Source: the human T2T-CHM13v2.0 reference genome, Homo sapiens. Taken from it: 64,000 nt of DNA. Positions within the stretch are counted from its first letter, which is position 1. Every line of letters begins with the position of its first letter. A program made the translations under genes and the position numbers. The stretch lies in NCBI RefSeq assembly GCF_009914755.1, contig NC_060936.1. One strand, given 5' to 3'. Below are positions 60,362-64,000 of the stretch, piece after piece. The notes below the pieces were generated by a model, which searched no databases, was not told the DNA's origin, and was given only the letters and a program-made list of their open reading frames with translations.

Positions 60362-60517
60362 TTAGGAGATATGAGTTTAAGTGATAATGCCAGCATGTGC
60401 CTGATGAGTATCATCAAAAAGCTAGCTGCCTTGAATGTCACAGAGAAAGACTATAGAGAAATCATCCACCGTTCACTCCTGGAGAAATTGAGAAAAGGTC
60501 TGAAGAGCCAGACAGAG
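60362..60517 (+). CDS. UTP20: UTP20 exon 36 (LGDMSLSD...KSQTE)
   Basis: tgcag| ... |gtatat; 156 nt. Confidence 0.95.
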
Positions 60518-60641
60518 GTATATAACTTTGTGTTTTAGGCACTACTGTCTGAGGCTGTGTTTTGTTTTGTTTTCCCACGTTTGCTACTGTTGTATAGAAA
60601 AGTAGTCAGGCTTAGTGCATTTAATGAGAATACTTGGTTGA

Positions 60642-61025
<384 letters not shown>

Positions 61026-61041
61026 TAATATAGCTGTCAGG

Positions 61042-61195
61042 TTTTTTTTGTTTTTTGTTTTTGAGACAGGGGCTCACTTTGTTGCCTAGGCTGGAGTACA
61101 CCACCACACCTGGCTGATTTTTGTATTTTTTGTAGAGACAGGATTTCACCATGTTGTCCAGGCTGTCCTCAAACTCCTGGGCTCAAGCAATCCTG
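61042..61195 (-). mobile_element. Deleted AluJ fragment
   Basis: Antisense Alu with an internal deletion. Confidence 0.82.
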
Positions 61196-61317
61196 ACTTT
61201 TTTTTTTAACAGTGGAAATATTTTACTTTTTAAAATTTTATGTTTTTTTCTGTTTCCTCATATTAGAAACAAATTCTTTTTAAAATAAAATGTTTTTTCT
61301 CCACTTCATATTTACAG

Positions 61318-61458
61318 AGTATTCAGCAGGATTATACCACAATACTTTCCTGTTTAATTCAAACCTTTCCAAACCAACTGGAATTCAAAGACTTGGTACA
61401 ACTTACTCATTACCATGACCCAGAAATGGACTTCTTTGAGAACATGAAGCACATTCAG
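61318..61458 (+). CDS. UTP20: UTP20 exon 37 (SIQQDYTT...MKHIQ)
   Basis: tacag| ... |gtagaa; 141 nt. Confidence 0.95.
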
Positions 61459-61670
61459 GTAGAAGACAATTCTGCTTTTTCCTACCTACGACATAAGCAT
61501 ACATATTTCAAACAGTTCTACCTCATTTGGAAAGACATGTTTTAACTTTCCAAAAAGGTTTAAGCTTCTCTTTCCTTGGTCTTTATGATCATCATTGAAA
61601 TTTGTGTTAAGATGATCATTTCCTGGATTCTAATTTCTTTGGTGGTATCACAAACCACAGTTAATAATAG

Positions 61671-62113
<443 letters not shown>

Positions 62114-62214
62114 ACTCCTTTAATCTTTTTATGAAAAGAGAATACGATACTAAAATGGAGCTGGTTGTAGGTGAGATTATTCGGTAACTAATTCATATTT
62201 TATCTTACCCATAG

Positions 62215-62352
62215 ATCCACAGAAGAGCAAGAGCCTTGAAGAAACTTGCAAAACAACTAATGGAAGGCAAAGTTGTTCTGTCTTCTAAATCTCTTCAGAA
62301 TTACATCATGCCTTATGCCATGACTCCAATTTTTGATGAGAAAATGCTCAAG
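62215..62352 (+). CDS. UTP20: UTP20 exon 38 (IHRRARAL...DEKMLK)
   Basis: catag| ... |gtaggt; 138 nt. Confidence 0.95.
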
Positions 62353-63004
62353 GTAGGTCATTAGATCTAGAAACCAAGGACCCTCTTCCCATACCATGAC
62401 ACACTTTGCCAGAATATACATGGAGTTGGTGGTGTTTGTGTTGATGTCATCACCATAATTAGAGGTTTAGAATAGTTCTAAAGTTCTTAGAACTGTGTCT
62501 GACACATAGTAAATGCTATATAAATGGTGGCTATTATTTGTGTTTTTGCTATTATTAGCTCACAAAGGCCGAGCGCAAAATATTCTTCCTCCTAGAAATT
62601 ATCCCATTATTAAAATTGCATACTTTTATTTTTGTGTCATAGGACTTAAATCTGGTTAACTCCCCTAGTCAGCAGTCATTATTTTTGCAAATGATTTACA
62701 AGAAATGAAATGAAATAGTAGGTTATCATTAACACCATACCAGGTACCAGGCACTATTTCAAGTGCTTCATTCTCACAACAACTCAACTCTCTGGAGTAG
62801 GGTAGGGACTATTCTTCAACTACTATTTTACAGGAGAGTAATCTGAGAAGAAGTGAGGTTATATAACTTTCTCAGAGACACCCAGAGTCAGAACTGGTAT
62901 TCCAACTTAGGGCTGTTTTAACCTTTATATTACACAGTGCCTAGAATGGTGCCTGGCACATAGTAAAGACTAGATAAGTAATTATTGATTAAAAAGATTA
63001 ATGA

Positions 63005-63312
<308 letters not shown>

Positions 63313-63575
63313 TTAAATGATCATAGAAATTCAAATCTAACTGCAGTAATGTCAGGATTTGTGACTTAAATTTATACTGTTGATTACATGGCCTTATACA
63401 ATAATAGATTTCCTCTGTTGTTTCAGGATATTCAAAATGTTTAAAAGAATTACCTAAGTAGTTAAAAGATAGCTCCCTTATATTCTAGTTTAAAAGCTAG
63501 TAAGCACAACCTAACTGTTTGATGCCGTTGAAATATGAATGGTGTGTAGACAGGAAAAAAATAAAGTATACTTAG

Positions 63576-63891
<316 letters not shown>

Positions 63892-64000
63892 TGGTATATC
63901 CTTTTCTAGCCTTATATTTTTAACCTAATTATGACTTTACATTTAAAGTTGGTTTCTTATTGGTAGCTTTTAACTGGGTCTTGTTTTTTATCCAGTCCAA

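Overview
Primate, almost certainly human, genomic DNA lying wholly inside the UTP20 gene (DRIM/1A6; HEAT-repeat component of the SSU processome) on the + strand. I traced 36 consecutive internal coding exons from 1352 to 62352 (probably exons 3-38). All have canonical AG/GT boundaries and matching phases, giving a stop-free 4758-nt ORF of 1586 codons (about residues 43-1628). The start and stop codons lie outside the window. The introns are packed with about 37 Alus (many with visible target-site duplications), L1, L2, MIR and DNA-transposon relics (MER2, MER3, MER5, MER20, MER44, MER58, MER81, Charlie1). Most entries in the supplied ORF track are Alu-derived or chance ORFs. I found no convincing novel biological system. 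The best leads are modest: inverted Alu pairs around phase-symmetric exon blocks (circRNA/A-to-I editing), antisense-Alu poison-exon candidates, a TSD-less 1.5-mer Alu and an orphan Alu tip (possible deletion scars), an interlocking inverted-repeat cluster, two unexplained intronic foldbacks, and a Thr120 allele. Exon numbering and repeat subfamily names come from memory; repeat edges are approximate.
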